In this document: piece by piece, positions 1-12,154 of the stretch
Layout: every line of letters begins with the position of its first letter
Numbering within the stretch: position 1 is the stretch's first letter
Origin: Hyaloraphidium curvatum SAG 235-1
Lineage: Eukaryota > Fungi > Monoblepharomycota
Direction: 5' to 3'
NCBI GenBank assembly: GCA_025558095.1
Contig: JAIVFI010000018.1
Span: 496,001-560,000 of the forward strand
DNA: 64,000 nt
Translations under genes and position numbers: made by a program
The notes under the pieces: generated by a model
Database searches by the model: none
Seen by the model: the letters and a program-made list of their open reading frames with translations, nothing else
Told to the model about the DNA's origin: nothing

Positions 1-2
1 GG

Positions 3-713
3 CTTCCGCCGGAGGTCAACATGCTGCGTGTCACGGGTCGGCCAGAAAGGGCGGACCAGAGGCGTGGTGAATGGGGCTATGCTGACGATTTCGACGAGTC
101 CAAGCTTCCGCATGCGATTCGGACGCTCGTCGACCGCATCAGAGAGCAGCCCGGGCTCGCGCTCGGGAAACCGCGTGACGTCACCATCAACCAGCGTCGG
201 CATCGCTTCTTCCGGCTCGATCCGCACATCGATCCCCAAGATGATGGCGGCTCCATATTCATATGCTCGGTGACTGCAGGGACCGTGCTCACCCTGAGCC
301 CGCTCGACGAGTGGAAGCGGCACGAGGCGCAGATCGTTGCCGAGCGGGATCAGAAGGATCCGGAGTGGGCAAAGGGACTGGAATGGATACGGAGCACGCG
401 GTCGTACACTCGTGAGTTCTTCTTCGACGTGCTATCTCGTCGGGACGACTAAGCTGTCTGTTCAGCGCACGACATCGACGTGCTCCTCCCCCTGGGCTCG
501 GTAGCTCAGCTTAGCGACGATGCTCGTTGGACGTGGACTCACGCTACGAGGCTGGGTGTTGAAATCCCTGTCGATGAGGGAGGAAAGACCCGCTGGAGGT
601 TGGCGGACTGGTGGGGAGACCGGACCAGGACGATCGAAAGACGGGAGGAGAGGATCAGTGTAGTCGTTGCGTTCGGCGATCGAGAATACGGCTTCCCGGC
701 GAGGGAGTTCTGA
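3..713 (+). CDS. AlkB-like 2-oxoglutarate/Fe(II) dioxygenase (may be 5'-truncated by the window edge)
   Basis: HxD (PHIDP), distal His (WTWTHA) and RISVVVAF motifs; intron 412-465 (GTGAGT..CTAAG..CAG) joins ORFs 21-452 and 480-713; frame is open to the window edge. Confidence 0.75.
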
Positions 714-832
714 AGGAGGAGTGATCGTTCTCGTTAGAATCATCGACTGGCAGCTTGCGTCGACAGATTGGACCCACCCGGGGCCGACGGGCGCTCAGGC
801 CTGCGGAAAAGGCGTCCGCATTAATAGCAGAG

Positions 833-2353
833 ATGGAGTGCCCACCGGAGGACGCGCGGAATCCCGTCAAGGTCGCCCTGGGGGTATTCCTGACGACGGG
901 TCTCGTCGTGTCGTTCATGCCGCAGGTGGGCGCGTTGTGGGCGAAGTGCGGCCTCCTGGCGCTCATTTGGTTTTATGTCACCATATCGTGATGGGTATCG
1001 GTCGCTACGCGCCTTCGTGCCGTTCTTGGAACCGCCGAACGCGTCGCTGAACTGAACGCAACGTCCCTCCCGGCGCGCTTCTATCGTGAACCTCTCCGTG
1101 TCGGCCGAAAGCACATCAAAATGATCCGCCTAAGATCATCGGAGGGCCTGTCGGCGCTTTTCGTGCTCTTTGCCGGGATCGCTGGCACGTCGACGCTGTT
1201 CAACGTGTGGGTTCTGCAAAGCGGGACCCTGGGGTGCTGCAAAGCCTGGGTGGGTTCTGCGTGGGATTGCTTGTGCCTTTGTGGCATTTGACAGAACGAA
1301 CGTCTCGCAGAGCCCGGCGTACTGCTTCGAGAACATCCTGGGCGTGATCCAGGTCAGCGTACAGTGGATGGCCCTTCACCTGGTCATAGGACTTTTTATT
1401 GCCTGCTACCCCGAGGCAAAGAAGTGGATTCCTCTTGGTGGCGGGCCGTCTGCCGAGCGCAGGGACACCATCGTGGAAACCGGGGACGAGGAAGTGGACG
1501 AGCACGGGGAGGCGCCGGCCTCGCCGCCCCTGCCTATCCCCAAACTCCCCTTTTCCCCGCCGCTCTCGAGCACGCCCGGCGGATCGTACGTCCAGGACTC
1601 GGTCGTCACGCGGCCATCGCGCTCCTTCATGCCGCCCTCGCCGCGCGGCAGCCTTTCGGACGACGAGGCGGACCTCGCCGCGGACGAGCGGACGACTCTC
1701 TTGCCCGGCCGCCCCGCGGCGGCCGCCGATCCCGCCGGCGGGTACCCACCTTCGGTGCCCCGGACGGCTCCCATTCCCGTGCCCTTCCTCCGCGTGCCTG
1801 CGGGCCAGTCGCCCTCTCACGCCTACCTCTCCGCCATTTCCGTCACCGCCCTCCTCGTTACCTACTTTGTCCTCTGCCTGCTCCTCTCCCTCCTCGTCGT
1901 CTTTCTGGACCCGCCCTCGGGGGTGGACCAGGGCTCCGCCGCGGTGCTCTACGCCGGCATCCTGGGGCTCATATCGACGGTGTTTTCGGCGGTGCAGTTC
2001 CTGCCCCAGATCGTTCACACCTGGCAGGAGGGCCGGGTCGGTGCGCTCAGCGTGGGGATGCTGGGCATGCAGGCGCCGGGGTCGTTCTTGTTCGTCTACT
2101 CGCTGATGCTGCAGCCGGGGACGAACATGTGGGCTTTGCCAGCCGCCGTTTCGTGCTGCGAGCTGACAGAGCGCTCCTCTGCAGATCGACGTGGTTCCCC
2201 TACCTCCTTTCGGGCCTCGCGCAGTCCTTCCTGCTCGGCCTGGCGCTGTGGTTCACCTACGGCCCGCCGCGGTGGGACGAGGAGAAGCGGGCGCGGGTGC
2301 TGAGGATGTACGACGAGGCGGAGGAAGATGCGGTGGTGGAACGGCCTCAGTGA
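833..2353 (+). CDS. PQ-loop repeat membrane protein
   Basis: Two PQ motifs: SFMPQ followed by IRLRSSEGLS, and QFLPQI followed by GRVGALS; hydrophobic helices; 3 introns. Confidence 0.85.
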
Positions 2354-2546
2354 AGCGGCGGCGCGCGGCTCGTGCAGATCTGGACATGGTTGTGGATTCG
2401 TTGGCGCTCCGAAATGCAAACACCGTGATATCCTAAGCTAAAGCGTCCTTTTGCCGACCACGAGCTTTGATAAGATTACGATCTTTTGGATATAGTGGGT
2501 TTCCCATCGCGATCTCGATGGCCAGCAACACAGGTAAATAAATGCC

Positions 2547-4178
2547 TCACTTCTGCACAGTGACGCCAGACAGGTCGCCGCCTTCGGCGTTGATCTGCAC
2601 GCCGTCCGTCTTGCCCGCCATGTCTCCCCCAACGGCGTTCACCTCCGGCCCCTTGGTCTCGGGCGCCATGTCACCCCCAACCTTGTTCACCTCCGGCCCC
2701 GAGGGCGGGCTCATATCGGCCGGCTTCTCGTCGGCCACAGCGGGCAGTGTCTGCACCGAGCTAGCCTCGGCGGGGGCGACGTGGTTCGCCGGGCGACCGT
2801 AGGTGCGGTTGTACACGTTGCCCGTCTTGAGTTCGCCCTCGCCAAAGTCTGCATTCGCCCTCGGCAAAGTCTGCAGCCTGGGCGACGGTGGCGCCGTGCG
2901 CGATCTTTTCCTGGCCCGAGAGGATGCGCTGTTGCGGGGAAAGTTGGCGATCGGTGCAATCTGGGACCGCCCGGGGGGGGACCGACCTCGACAGTCTCGT
3001 CCTCGTCCTGCGCGCCGTTCAGCGCAGCATAGTCCCAGGCCTTCGCGAAGCCGTACACGGCAACGGCAACCAAGCTGCCGATCAGCGGTCCAACCCAGAA
3101 CACCCACTGCGGTTGCGGACCCCCATCAGCAAAACGGAAAGCCCCAGCTGAGACAGCCTGAACCCATTCGCACTTGGTACGTGAAGTTCACCGCAGCCAA
3201 GGCGGCACCAAACGAGCGAGCGGGGTTGACAGAGCAGCCAGTGTAGGGGATCAGAAGCAAATGGCACGCGTAGACTGTGAGGCCGATCACGAGCGGGGCA
3301 AGCGGGCGGGAGTGGTTGCGCTCGGCGGCCATCCTGGCGGTGGTACATCGGATCAGCAGTGTGCCCCTGCGCGGAGATCAGCGTGACTGCTCACATGAGG
3401 ACAACAAAGCAGAGGAGGAAGGTGCCGAAGGCTTCAATGCCGACGGCTTGCCACACACCCACACCCGGGGCAACGCCGTTGACTCCAAGGATGCGGTTGC
3501 CGTTAACGTCGGCGGGGTAGAGGAGCCTGATGAAAGCGGCGCCGACGGTGGCACCCAGCATCTCCGCGATCACGTCTTTGTTGGTGAAGCGGCGTCAGCA
3601 TGACAGACAGCATCACACGGCCCGGATAGCGACTTACACATCAGGAACTTCGTCCAGGACATTGCCCCGATGGCAAACAGCGAAAAAGCGACGGCCGGGT
3701 TAAATACGCCTCCAGTGTATCTGTAAAGTCGAAAGTTCAGTCAAGGGTTGCACAAGCTTTGTTCCTCAAAGATTTACTAGCCTGTAGAAAGCGTAAATGT
3801 TTATGCACAGTCCCATGCCGAAGCACCAGGCGATCAGCTGCACTGCCGTGTCGTTGAGGATGAGAGTCACGGGGTTCTCGCCGTTGGGGTCCAGGTTCCC
3901 GGGGTTGTTGAGCCGCAGCGCGCTGTTGGCGCCGCCGATGCCGCAGAACACAAAGGCGGCCATGCCGACGAACTCGCCGCATGCCTGGATGAACTCTGCA
4001 GGGAACCGGCAGGGGATCAGTGACGGTTCGGCACGGGGACGGCCGGGGGCGCCCGAGCGGCCGTCTGCAACGTGTCCCCCCCCGCCCCGTTCGAATCAAT
4101 GTGCCCACCCTTGAGCAGCTTGTGCTGCGGCTCCCACTTGCCGGGGGTCAACTTGAGCCCGAAGAGAACGAACGACAT
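2547..4178 (-). CDS. Aquaporin (MIP family)
   Basis: [18 protein letters not shown] (~3690), IEAFGTFLL and [19 protein letters not shown] motifs; multi-exon. Confidence 0.93.
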
Positions 4179-5031
4179 TTCCGACGGCTGTCAAGAGCTG
4201 CGGCAGGGCGAGAAGCGGGGGCGTGAGCATCTACCCGCGCCGATCTTCGCCAGCGGGCCGAACTGCGCGCTGGCGGCGAGTGCGGCCGCGCATTGGGGGA
4301 GAAACGCGCGCGGCCAGGCGGAAAGGGCGGGCGGGGTCCCGCCTGCGTTTCCCGGTGTCTCGAGCGACGCGTCCGCGCCGGCCGCCCGCAAGCGCCGTTG
4401 TCAGGCCGCCAACGACATGGGGCCGCGCTCACCTTGGCTGCGACGGGGGAGGAACGCGAGAGATTGGTGGGAAGCGGTGGGACCCTAGGCGGACCCCCCC
4501 CGAATCAGGCCCCTGCGGCCGTGGCCGATGCACCGCCTCCCGACCTCACCGGACCGCACGGACGGCCGCAACCCCGGAGATCGGCGCATGAAATGCGTTG
4601 CCGCACCGGGCCGCGCCGGATCCGGTTCGCGTTCGGGGTGGGATGCGGGAACGGCGCCGAATCGGTGACATCAGTGCGGACAGATCGCCGGCCGCTCGCC
4701 GGTCCGGGGTCCACGCACCAATCGCGAGCGGATTGCCGCTTTCGATTGTTCCCATCTGTTTGTTTCAGAGCCGGACACAATGGACCGGCTGCGACGGCGC
4801 GGCGGACAGCGGGTTGGTAGCGGTTTCGAGGCGCAGACCCTGTGTCAAATGTCGCTGTTAGACCTGCTCAACCGCTGCCGTTCGGAGTCCAACAGTGGAT
4901 TGTGCCGGCAGTTTGCCACGGAATGGGACCCGGCGATCACACCGCCAATGGGTTCTGCAGCGATTTCGAGTCCGGGGGCCATGTATTGACTCCGTCGCGA
5001 CGCCCCGCATCACGCCTCCCGCCCGTCCGAC

Positions 5032-5938
5032 CTAGAACCCGAGCGACTCCTTGATGATCACCACGTGGAACCTCGGCGCCCCGAACGGGTTCTCCCCAAG
5101 GATCCCGACCTTGTTGTTGATCGCGCTCGCGGGCACCCCGTACGCCACGCGCACGCGCGCGCTCTCGAGCGGGTACGTGTACTCGGCGAGCCGCTTCTCC
5201 GCCTCGGCATCGTCCGCGACGATCTTATTCGCCCCCACGACGATGACCACGTTGCCGGCGAGCGTCCAGCCGTTGATCCGCGTGCCGGTGAGGTCGCACC
5301 CGTGGATGTTGCCCTCGGCGGCGGTCACGGAGTTGGCGGAGGAGAGGAAGAAGGCGGCCGAGGCGCCCTCGGCGATGTACTTGGCGTCTGATGGGCAAGG
5401 GGGCGAGGGATCAGTGATTGGAGGGGGTGGGAATGGGGGGGGACCCACAGCCGGCCCAGTCGCCCTTGGACTGCGCTTCGACGGCCTTCCCCTTGGTGTT
5501 GTCGTACAGCTCCGGGTTCTCCTTCAGGAAGTCGATGAAGCCGATCTATGGAGCCAAGGGGACAGCGGGTCCGGGATCAGCTTCCCCATCGCGTCCCCCG
5601 CCCGCCGCGCGCGGATCCCACCTGCACCAGCGTCGTCGAGTAGCCCATCCCGATCTTGCTCCCCGCCGGGATCAGCCCCTTGATGGCCTCGAGCGCGGCC
5701 TTGCCGTCCGCGACCACGTGGACGTGGTGCTTCTTTGCCTCGAGCGCGGCCTTGGCCTTGGCGATGAGGTCGTCCGAGGGGACGGCGGAGTCTGCGCGTG
5801 GCGGGGCGGGGCGGGTCAGCGCGGTCCGGAGGGGGGGAACGGCGGGGAAGGCGGACATTTGGCGAGCGAGGCCTGGAAGGCGGCGTCGGCCTTGAGCTGC
5901 TCGTCGCTCTTGGAGAAGTCGGCGGCGGAGACGGACAT
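5032..5938 (-). CDS. LUD-domain (lactate-utilisation/YkgG-like) protein
   Basis: IPAGSKIGMGYSTTLVQIG, FLSSANSVT, DLTGTR, VIVVGANKIV and C-terminal VVIIKESLGF motifs; 3 canonical introns. Confidence 0.85.
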
Positions 5939-6017
5939 GGCTGTTTGCGCGTCGGGCGAGGTTCGGGAGGGTCGGAGGAGCGCGATTGGATGCCGAGGGA
6001 TGGGGGGCGGGCCCGGG

Positions 6018-6024
6018 ATTTATA
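6018..6024 (-). promoter_or_regulatory. Putative TATA box of the LUD gene
   Basis: TATAAAT about 80 nt upstream of the ATG in an otherwise very GC-rich region. Confidence 0.5.
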
Positions 6025-7733
6025 GGTGCGGACGCTGGTCCGTTTTGCCGATTCGTGTTTGAAAACGGACGCACCGTGCGGTAGGCCGGAGTTGCGTCAT
6101 CGGTGTGCGGGCGGGGCGGGCGGGCTCACCGGCAACCCCCGCGCCTGACGTGGACCCATGCTCCATCCCGGGCCCGGGAACTGCCGCCCGATGCCCGGAA
6201 AGCGCTGCCAAAATTGTGGTCGGGATTCCCGCCGGGTCGCCCGCGCGCCCGCGCCGGGATGGCGTGCTCTCGAAAGGGGTCCCAAGATGGAGGCAAACAC
6301 GACCCCGATCGGAAAGCCGGACCGACCGATGGGGTGCAAAGATGGTTCCGACGGCTCTATTTCTCTTCCGAAAATTACGATCGAGGCGGGTTGGGGGCGG
6401 AAAGGCAGCCGGTGCCCGTCCAGAGAGTGAGGGGTCGGGTTGGCGCCCGGCAACGGCCACGGTGGCGGCAGGTCGAGGCAAAGGGGGAAAAAAGGAGCGG
6501 TGGATGGAAATGAGCGATGCCGGTCGGCACGATCGGGGTGTTTGGAGAGTGTCGGGGCGGGTGGTGCTAGTGCGTGGGGCGTGTTGGGGCTGGAGTAACA
6601 ACGGGACCTCGGGCGGCGGCAGGGCCCGATGGCGCAAAGGAAACGGGCCGAAACTGACGGCTAATGGTGCGGGTCGTCGGCGGGGTCGCGGATGGGCCGG
6701 TGCCGGGCCCCGCCGGGGTGACGGAAAAGCAGCAAAAGCGCACGAGGGCGGGGGAGACAGACCGTTGGCGGCGGCTGGCCGGGCTCGGAAGCGCCCGAGG
6801 CCTGCGGAGGGAGCAAAGACTCGTCAATAGACGGGGAAAGAGCGACGTACCGGGGCAGCGGGGCCGACATGACGCCAGGCCCGCGGGTGCGGTCCACCTC
6901 GAGTCCGGCAGGCCGAGCTGTCAAAGTCCCGCGGACATCCCCGCGCCGCCCTCCAAGCGCATCCCCGTCCTCCGTCCCCGGGCGGCACCGCCAGACGGTC
7001 TGCCGGTCCGGTGCGCAAGGGCACCGCGGGTCCGAGCCCCTGCCCGGGGGATCGGGGGACCCGACGGGGCCGCCGTGGGTGCCGGGGACGCGTGGTGTTT
7101 GGGCAGCTGGGGGCGCCGGCGCCGGAGACCGGGCCACGGGTGTTGTGCCGGGGTGCCGGACGCACGTCTGCCGGGGCCGGGGAAGCGGCAGTGCGGTTGA
7201 ATGCTGCGGGAGCCGGGCGGGAGCGGCGGCGGGGCCGAGTGATGAGGCCACGGCGCGCGTCTGCGCGGCGGCCGGCCGGTGGGAGGCAGCCGGGCCCCTG
7301 GGCGAGGACCCCTGCGCAAGGGCGTGGCGGAAAAGCGGCAGGGGCCCGCGCAAATCGCGACAAGGACCGCGCAGGGGACCCGGGTTTGGCGGGTTTCGTC
7401 CCCCCGCAAAAGGCATATGGCACCAGCCCGAGTCCCTTGGTCCCCCCCATAAAAGACCGCACCGCCTCGCGTTGCCCTCCCGCACCCCGCAGGCCATCAC
7501 TCCGCGCGTGCAGACCGCCGCCGCCCTCCGCCGCACTCTTCGCGTGCCGCCTCGCGCCCTCCGCCGTCCGGTCTCCGGTCTCCGCCCCCGCTCCCCGCGT
7601 TTCCGGTGAGCGCCGCCGCGCCGTCCGCCGCCCCCGCCGTTCTGACTTTGCGCCTTTGCCGCCTGCCGCCTCCGTGTCTGCCGCCTCCTCGCCTTCTGCT
7701 GCCGCCTCTGACAGCCGCCCCCGACAGCCAACG

Positions 7734-9703
7734 ATGCGGCGCGCGCTGCTCGTCTCTGCGCTGCTCGCGCCCCTCGCGCCGCTCGTCGCCGCCTATGAGC
7801 CCGGCTGGCAGAACTCGTACGGCTCGCCCGGCGGCGACCGCGCCGGCGGCCACGACATCGACAAGCAGGGCGACACAATCATCGCAATGACCGTCGGCGA
7901 CGTGCCCGCCCTGTCGCGCCGCGAGCTGTTCGGCCGCCAGGTCACCGCGCCGCCCTGCCAGCCCGTCAACGGCGCCGCCGCCTGCGGGGGCGCCTCCGAC
8001 ATCGTGCTGCAGAAGACGGACACCAGGGGCAAGCCCATCTGGTGGGCATCGCGCGCTCCCCTGCCTCAGAATCGCCAGCTGATCGTGCCTCCCTCCCCCC
8101 CCCCCCCCCCCCCCCCCCCCCGCGATCAGGACCGCCGCCTTCGGCACCGCCGGCGCCGACGTCGCCCAGGGCGTCTCGGCCTCGACTTCCTCGTACTACG
8201 TCTCGGGCACCGCCTCGGGCCAGGCGTTCGTCGCCAAGCTCGCCGTGGCCGACGGCAAGGTCGAGGGCTTCACGCCCTTCTCGCCTTCCAACACCTTCCC
8301 CACCGACGTCAAGGTGCACCCCGTGACGGGCGACGTGTTCGTCGCCGGCTACGAGACCGGCGGCATCGACGGCTGCTTCGCCAAGGGCGCCGCCACCTCG
8401 GACGCCTTCCTGTGCAAGTTCAACCCGACCACGCTGGCCCGCGTCTTCTGCGTGCCCCTCGGCTCGACCGCCGGCTCCAACACCGTGGGCTTCCCCGACA
8501 GGCGGGACCCTGATTTCGGCTGATCTCCCCCCCCCCCTTCAGACCATGCACCCCGGCGGCTCCATCTCGTTCGACCACCACGGCTACGTCTACTTTGCCG
8601 GCACCACCACCGGCTCGGTCAACGCCTCGACGCCCAACCTCGGCGGCAAGGACGCCTGGGCCGCCAAGTTCGACGTGAACGGCAACCGCGTCATGGCCTG
8701 GAACTTCGGCACGGACAAGGACGACGAGGGCGCCGCCACCGCCGTCGACTGGTACAACGACTGGCTCTTCATCGCCGGCACCACGGACGGCGAGATGGCC
8801 ACGGACGGCGTGAACCACGGCGGCAAGGACTTCTTCCTCTCGCGCACGCAGAACCTCGACACCAACGACCTCAACTACACGGCCCTCTACGGCGGCCCCG
8901 GCGACGACATTGCCAGCGACATCCTCGCCTACAAGGAGCGCATCTTCACCATCGGCTCGCTCTCGCCGCAGGGCAAGGCCCCGTGGGTCAACGACACAGT
9001 GTACCTCTTCTACGGCGCCGACACGTGGGGCGGCTGGGACTTTGTCACCTGCGAGCTCGTGCACGTCGACAACCGGTTCGCCGACACGTACCCCTACGTC
9101 GCCACGGGCGTGATGAAGTGGTGCTCGCTCTGGGGCTCGAGCAACGACGACTACGGCCGGAGGTGGACCCGCCCGGGCCTCGCGCACCGCGATCATCGCT
9201 GATCTCCCCCCCCCTTTTCCAGCGTCCGCATCGATGAGGGCTGGAACCTCACCTACGACGGCGACACCAAGGGCCAGTGGGGCACCTACACCGGCACCCC
9301 CCTCCCCTTCCGCGGCGGCGAGACCGACGTGGTCCTGCAGCAGTACTACGAGTACGAGACGCCCGTCTGGGCCACCAAGACCGCCAACGCCGCCGCCTCG
9401 ACCCTCCGCGCGGGTCTGACCTGCTCTGGCGGCGCCCTCGCGACCGACCCCGCCGCCCCCACCATCCTCCCCGGCGCCACCACCGGCCTGCCCGTCGCCA
9501 CCACCGCCGGGCCCACCGCCACCGCGCAGCCCACCGGCTCGGTCGCGCCCACCGGCACGTCGTCGGCCCCGGCGACCGCCACGGCGACGGGCACCCTCAC
9601 GGTCGTCACCACCACCTCGCGCCCCGCGGGCGCCGGGTCGACGGCCGCGTCGATGGGCGCGCTGGTGCTGGCGCTGGTGTTTGCGGTGTTTGCGGCGCTC
9701 TGA
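7734..9703 (+). CDS. Secreted, probably GPI-anchored beta-propeller protein (SBBP-like repeats)
   Basis: Signal peptide MRRALLVSALLAPLAPLVAA; repeated motifs GDVFVAGY, DAFLCKF, GGKDAWAAKFD, GGKDFFL; Thr/Ala stalk; hydrophobic C-terminus; 3 introns. Confidence 0.75.
8095..8121 (+). repeat. Poly-C tract (27 nt) in intron 1 of the propeller gene
   Basis: Directly visible homopolymer between the branch point and the 3' splice site. Confidence 0.9.
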
Positions 9704-9849
9704 GGGCTCGGATCGGACGGCGAAAAGGGAGGATCGGCGGCGGCGGGATGGGGGCGGGGGAAGGTCTGTGGCTATTGCTATACCGCTATCGCGGGCTCGT
9801 GTCACGATGAAGCAGCATATATTTGGCGTTGCTCCTCCCTTCCGTGCCA

Positions 9850-11439
9850 TCAGTCCCCGTCTTCGGACTCGAGATCCCCGGCCTCCGCCCCATCCGGAGC
9901 TCCCTCGGCCCCGCCCAGCACCTCGTCCGCCACGCCCAGGCCCCCCGCGATCGCACCGACCGCCTCCGCCACCCCCCTCAGCGACGGCGGCAGCAGCCAC
10001 GGGCTCACGTTGGCCAGGTACGCCAGGTACTCGGCGGCCGCCCTGTACGCCGGGTCGGAAAGCACTTCCCTCGCCCGCCCCGGATCCGCCGCCACGGCCG
10101 CCGCTAGCCCCCCCGCCGCCAGCGATATCGACCCCCCCACGATCCCGTTCTCCACCAGGCTCGCAGCCGCGGTGCCGATCAGCCTCCCTTTGCCCTGCAG
10201 CAAGCCCTCGCTGGCGTTGGCGAGCAGCTCCGCCGCGTTCAGCTTCCGCATCGCCTCCTTTGCCCTGCCCACCCGCGCCACCGTCCCCTTGCGCGCGTAC
10301 CGGCCCAGCACCGCGCCGCCCGCGCGGCTGGCCAGCCCGCCGCCCGCCGAAAGCAGGCCCGCGGCGGCGGGGCCGGCGAGCAGCGCGGCGGGGGCGGCGG
10401 CGAGCGAGGCGGAGGAGCCGAGGAGGGAGAGGGCCTCGCCGGTGCGGGAGAGGAGGGCGCGGAAGAAGGTGCGGGAGAGGTCGGGTTCGGCGTCGTCGGA
10501 GGAGGGGGAGGGGGAGCGCTCCGGGGAGGCGTCCGGGTCGGGCTGCGCGCGCGACCGGCGGGCGCCGCGGCGCTTGATCGTCGCGCGGCCGTGGTGCGCG
10601 GGGGTTTCCCAGGAGCGGTTCGAGTGGAACGAGCCCGAGGAAGCGATGGAGCTGCGGTCCGAAGGGGGGTACGACGAGTCGGAAACCTCCTCGCCCTCGT
10701 CGGCCTCCCAGAACTCGTCCCCGTCCGATTCCTCCCCGCCGCCGCCGACCGCGGAAACCGGAGACAGCAGGTCCGGCTCCGGCACCGTCTCGGGCACCGG
10801 GTCCGCGTCCGGAAACGGGTCCGGCGCCGGGATCGCCGGCGCCGCCCCCCCGGCGAGGCGCCTCCGCGTGGTCCTCGCGATCGTCCTCCGCAGCGTGCGC
10901 GCCCTCGCCGGGCCCACCTCCTTTTCCACCGCCGCAGAGGCAGCGGCCGCGGCTGCAGCGAGCACCACGGCGTCTGCAAAGTCCTCCAGCTCCCCCCTGG
11001 GCTTGTCCCCCGCGGGCCGCGAGATGGTCCGCGAGTAGGCGAGCGCGGTGGCGATTGCGGCGTCGCACTCCGCGGCGGCCTGCGGATCGGGCGCCGTGCG
11101 GGGCACGGAGCGCGATCTGGACCGCGATCGCGAGCCCGATCGCTGCCGCGAGCGGTGCTGCGTGCGGGTGCGGCGGAGCGTGGTGCCGCGGCGGGACGGC
11201 AGCGGCGCGCCATCGGAGGGCGGCGTCGCCGTGCGCTGCAAAACAATCGCGATGGCCGGCGGGTCGGCGGGCGGCGCTTCTGCGTCGGGCGGGGCGGGCG
11301 GCGCCGGGGGCGGGGGAGGCGCGTCGGCGACGGGGGGCAGCGCCGGTCCCGCAGGTGCCGCGGCGGGCGGCGCATCGCCGTCCTTCCGCCGGCGGAGCCC
11401 GAGCGAGACCGGCAGGCCCGCCGCTGCTGCCTTTTTCAT
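9850..11439 (-). CDS. Hypothetical protein, 529 aa (disordered N-half, Ala/Gly-rich helical C-half)
   Basis: Long intronless ORF with high GC3 and good ATG context; no recognisable domain. Confidence 0.6.
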   Translation of the reverse strand: MKKAAAAGLPVSLGLRRRKDGDAPPAAAPAGPALPPVADAPPPPPAPPAPPDAEAPPADPPAIAIVLQRTATPPSDGAPLPSRRGTTLRRTRTQHRSRQRSGSRSRSRSRSVPRTAPDPQAAAECDAAIATALAYSRTISRPAGDKPRGELEDFADAVVLAAAAAAASAAVEKEVGPARARTLRRTIARTTRRRLAGGAAPAIPAPDPFPDADPVPETVPEPDLLSPVSAVGGGGEESDGDEFWEADEGEEVSDSSYPPSDRSSIASSGSFHSNRSWETPAHHGRATIKRRGARRSRAQPDPDASPERSPSPSSDDAEPDLSRTFFRALLSRTGEALSLLGSSASLAAAPAALLAGPAAAGLLSAGGGLASRAGGAVLGRYARKGTVARVGRAKEAMRKLNAAELLANASEGLLQGKGRLIGTAAASLVENGIVGGSISLAAGGLAAAVAADPGRAREVLSDPAYRAAAEYLAYLANVSPWLLPPSLRGVAEAVGAIAGGLGVADEVLGGAEGAPDGAEAGDLESEDGD

Positions 11440-11599
11440 CGCGGGCCGGGCGGGAGTGAATGGAAGCTTCGAAGGTTCCGCATGGAACTCCTAGCGCCGA
11501 CGTCCCCAACCTCGTCCTCTGCGAAAGGGAATAGGTCTAAAGGCGGCTTAAGGAGCAGACGGAAAACAGTTGATATATTGTTGGGCGCCTTAGACTTTC

Positions 11600-11718
11600 A
11601 GATACGGCCATATCTACCAGAAAGCACCAGTTCTCGTCAGACCACTGAAGTTAAGCTGGTATGAGCCACGTCAGTACTGTGGTGGGAGACCACACGGGAA
11701 TACGTGGTGCTGTATCTT
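11600..11718 (+). rRNA. 5S ribosomal RNA (single dispersed copy)
   Basis: AGATACGGCCATATCTACCAGAAAGCACC..AGTTAAGCTGGTA..GGTGCTGTATCT closely follows fungal 5S rRNA; 5' and 3' ends pair (helix I); about 119 nt; TATA-like GATATATT about 28 nt upstream. Confidence 0.95.
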
Positions 11719-11729
11719 TTTCGCTTTTT
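11717..11729 (+). terminator. RNA polymerase III oligo-T terminator
   Basis: TTTTTCGCTTTTT immediately after the 5S gene. Confidence 0.85.
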
Positions 11730-12154
11730 CGACCCGCCGGTGCAAGAAGTAAGAAGGAGACCAATCAGAGCTCTACCAGTTCCTTTTGCTGCATTCTCGG
11801 GCCTCCCAGTGGGCGGGTGTGGCCGGAGAACCTGCTTCAGCCGGCACACTCAGCTCGCCCGGGTCCGCTCAACTGAAATTCGCGCTAGCCCCCGTCCGCC
11901 CCTTCATATGTGCGCCGCAGCTTTCCGTCTTGTCGCATCCGCAGCACCTCGGTTACCACTCGTCTTGAACCGCCGCGTCACGATGTGACGGAAAGAGCCG
12001 CCGGCCTCCGGGCTGGCAGGTGGGACGGCCGCCACCCCAAAAGTGGCCGAGCGGGCGCCCGGCCCGTGCTCAACGGGCGATGGTGACCCGCCATCTGAAA
12101 CAAGGGGCAAAAGCAAAAAGCCAAAAACAAACACCCGGGCCTGGTGGCCCCCGT

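Noticed and set aside
8420-11509. 1029-aa minus-strand ORF, and similar giant Arg/Gly/Pro-rich ORFs (42339-45659, 46754-50173)
   Set aside because: Off-frame or antisense shadows of real high-GC3 genes; low-complexity translation with no motifs
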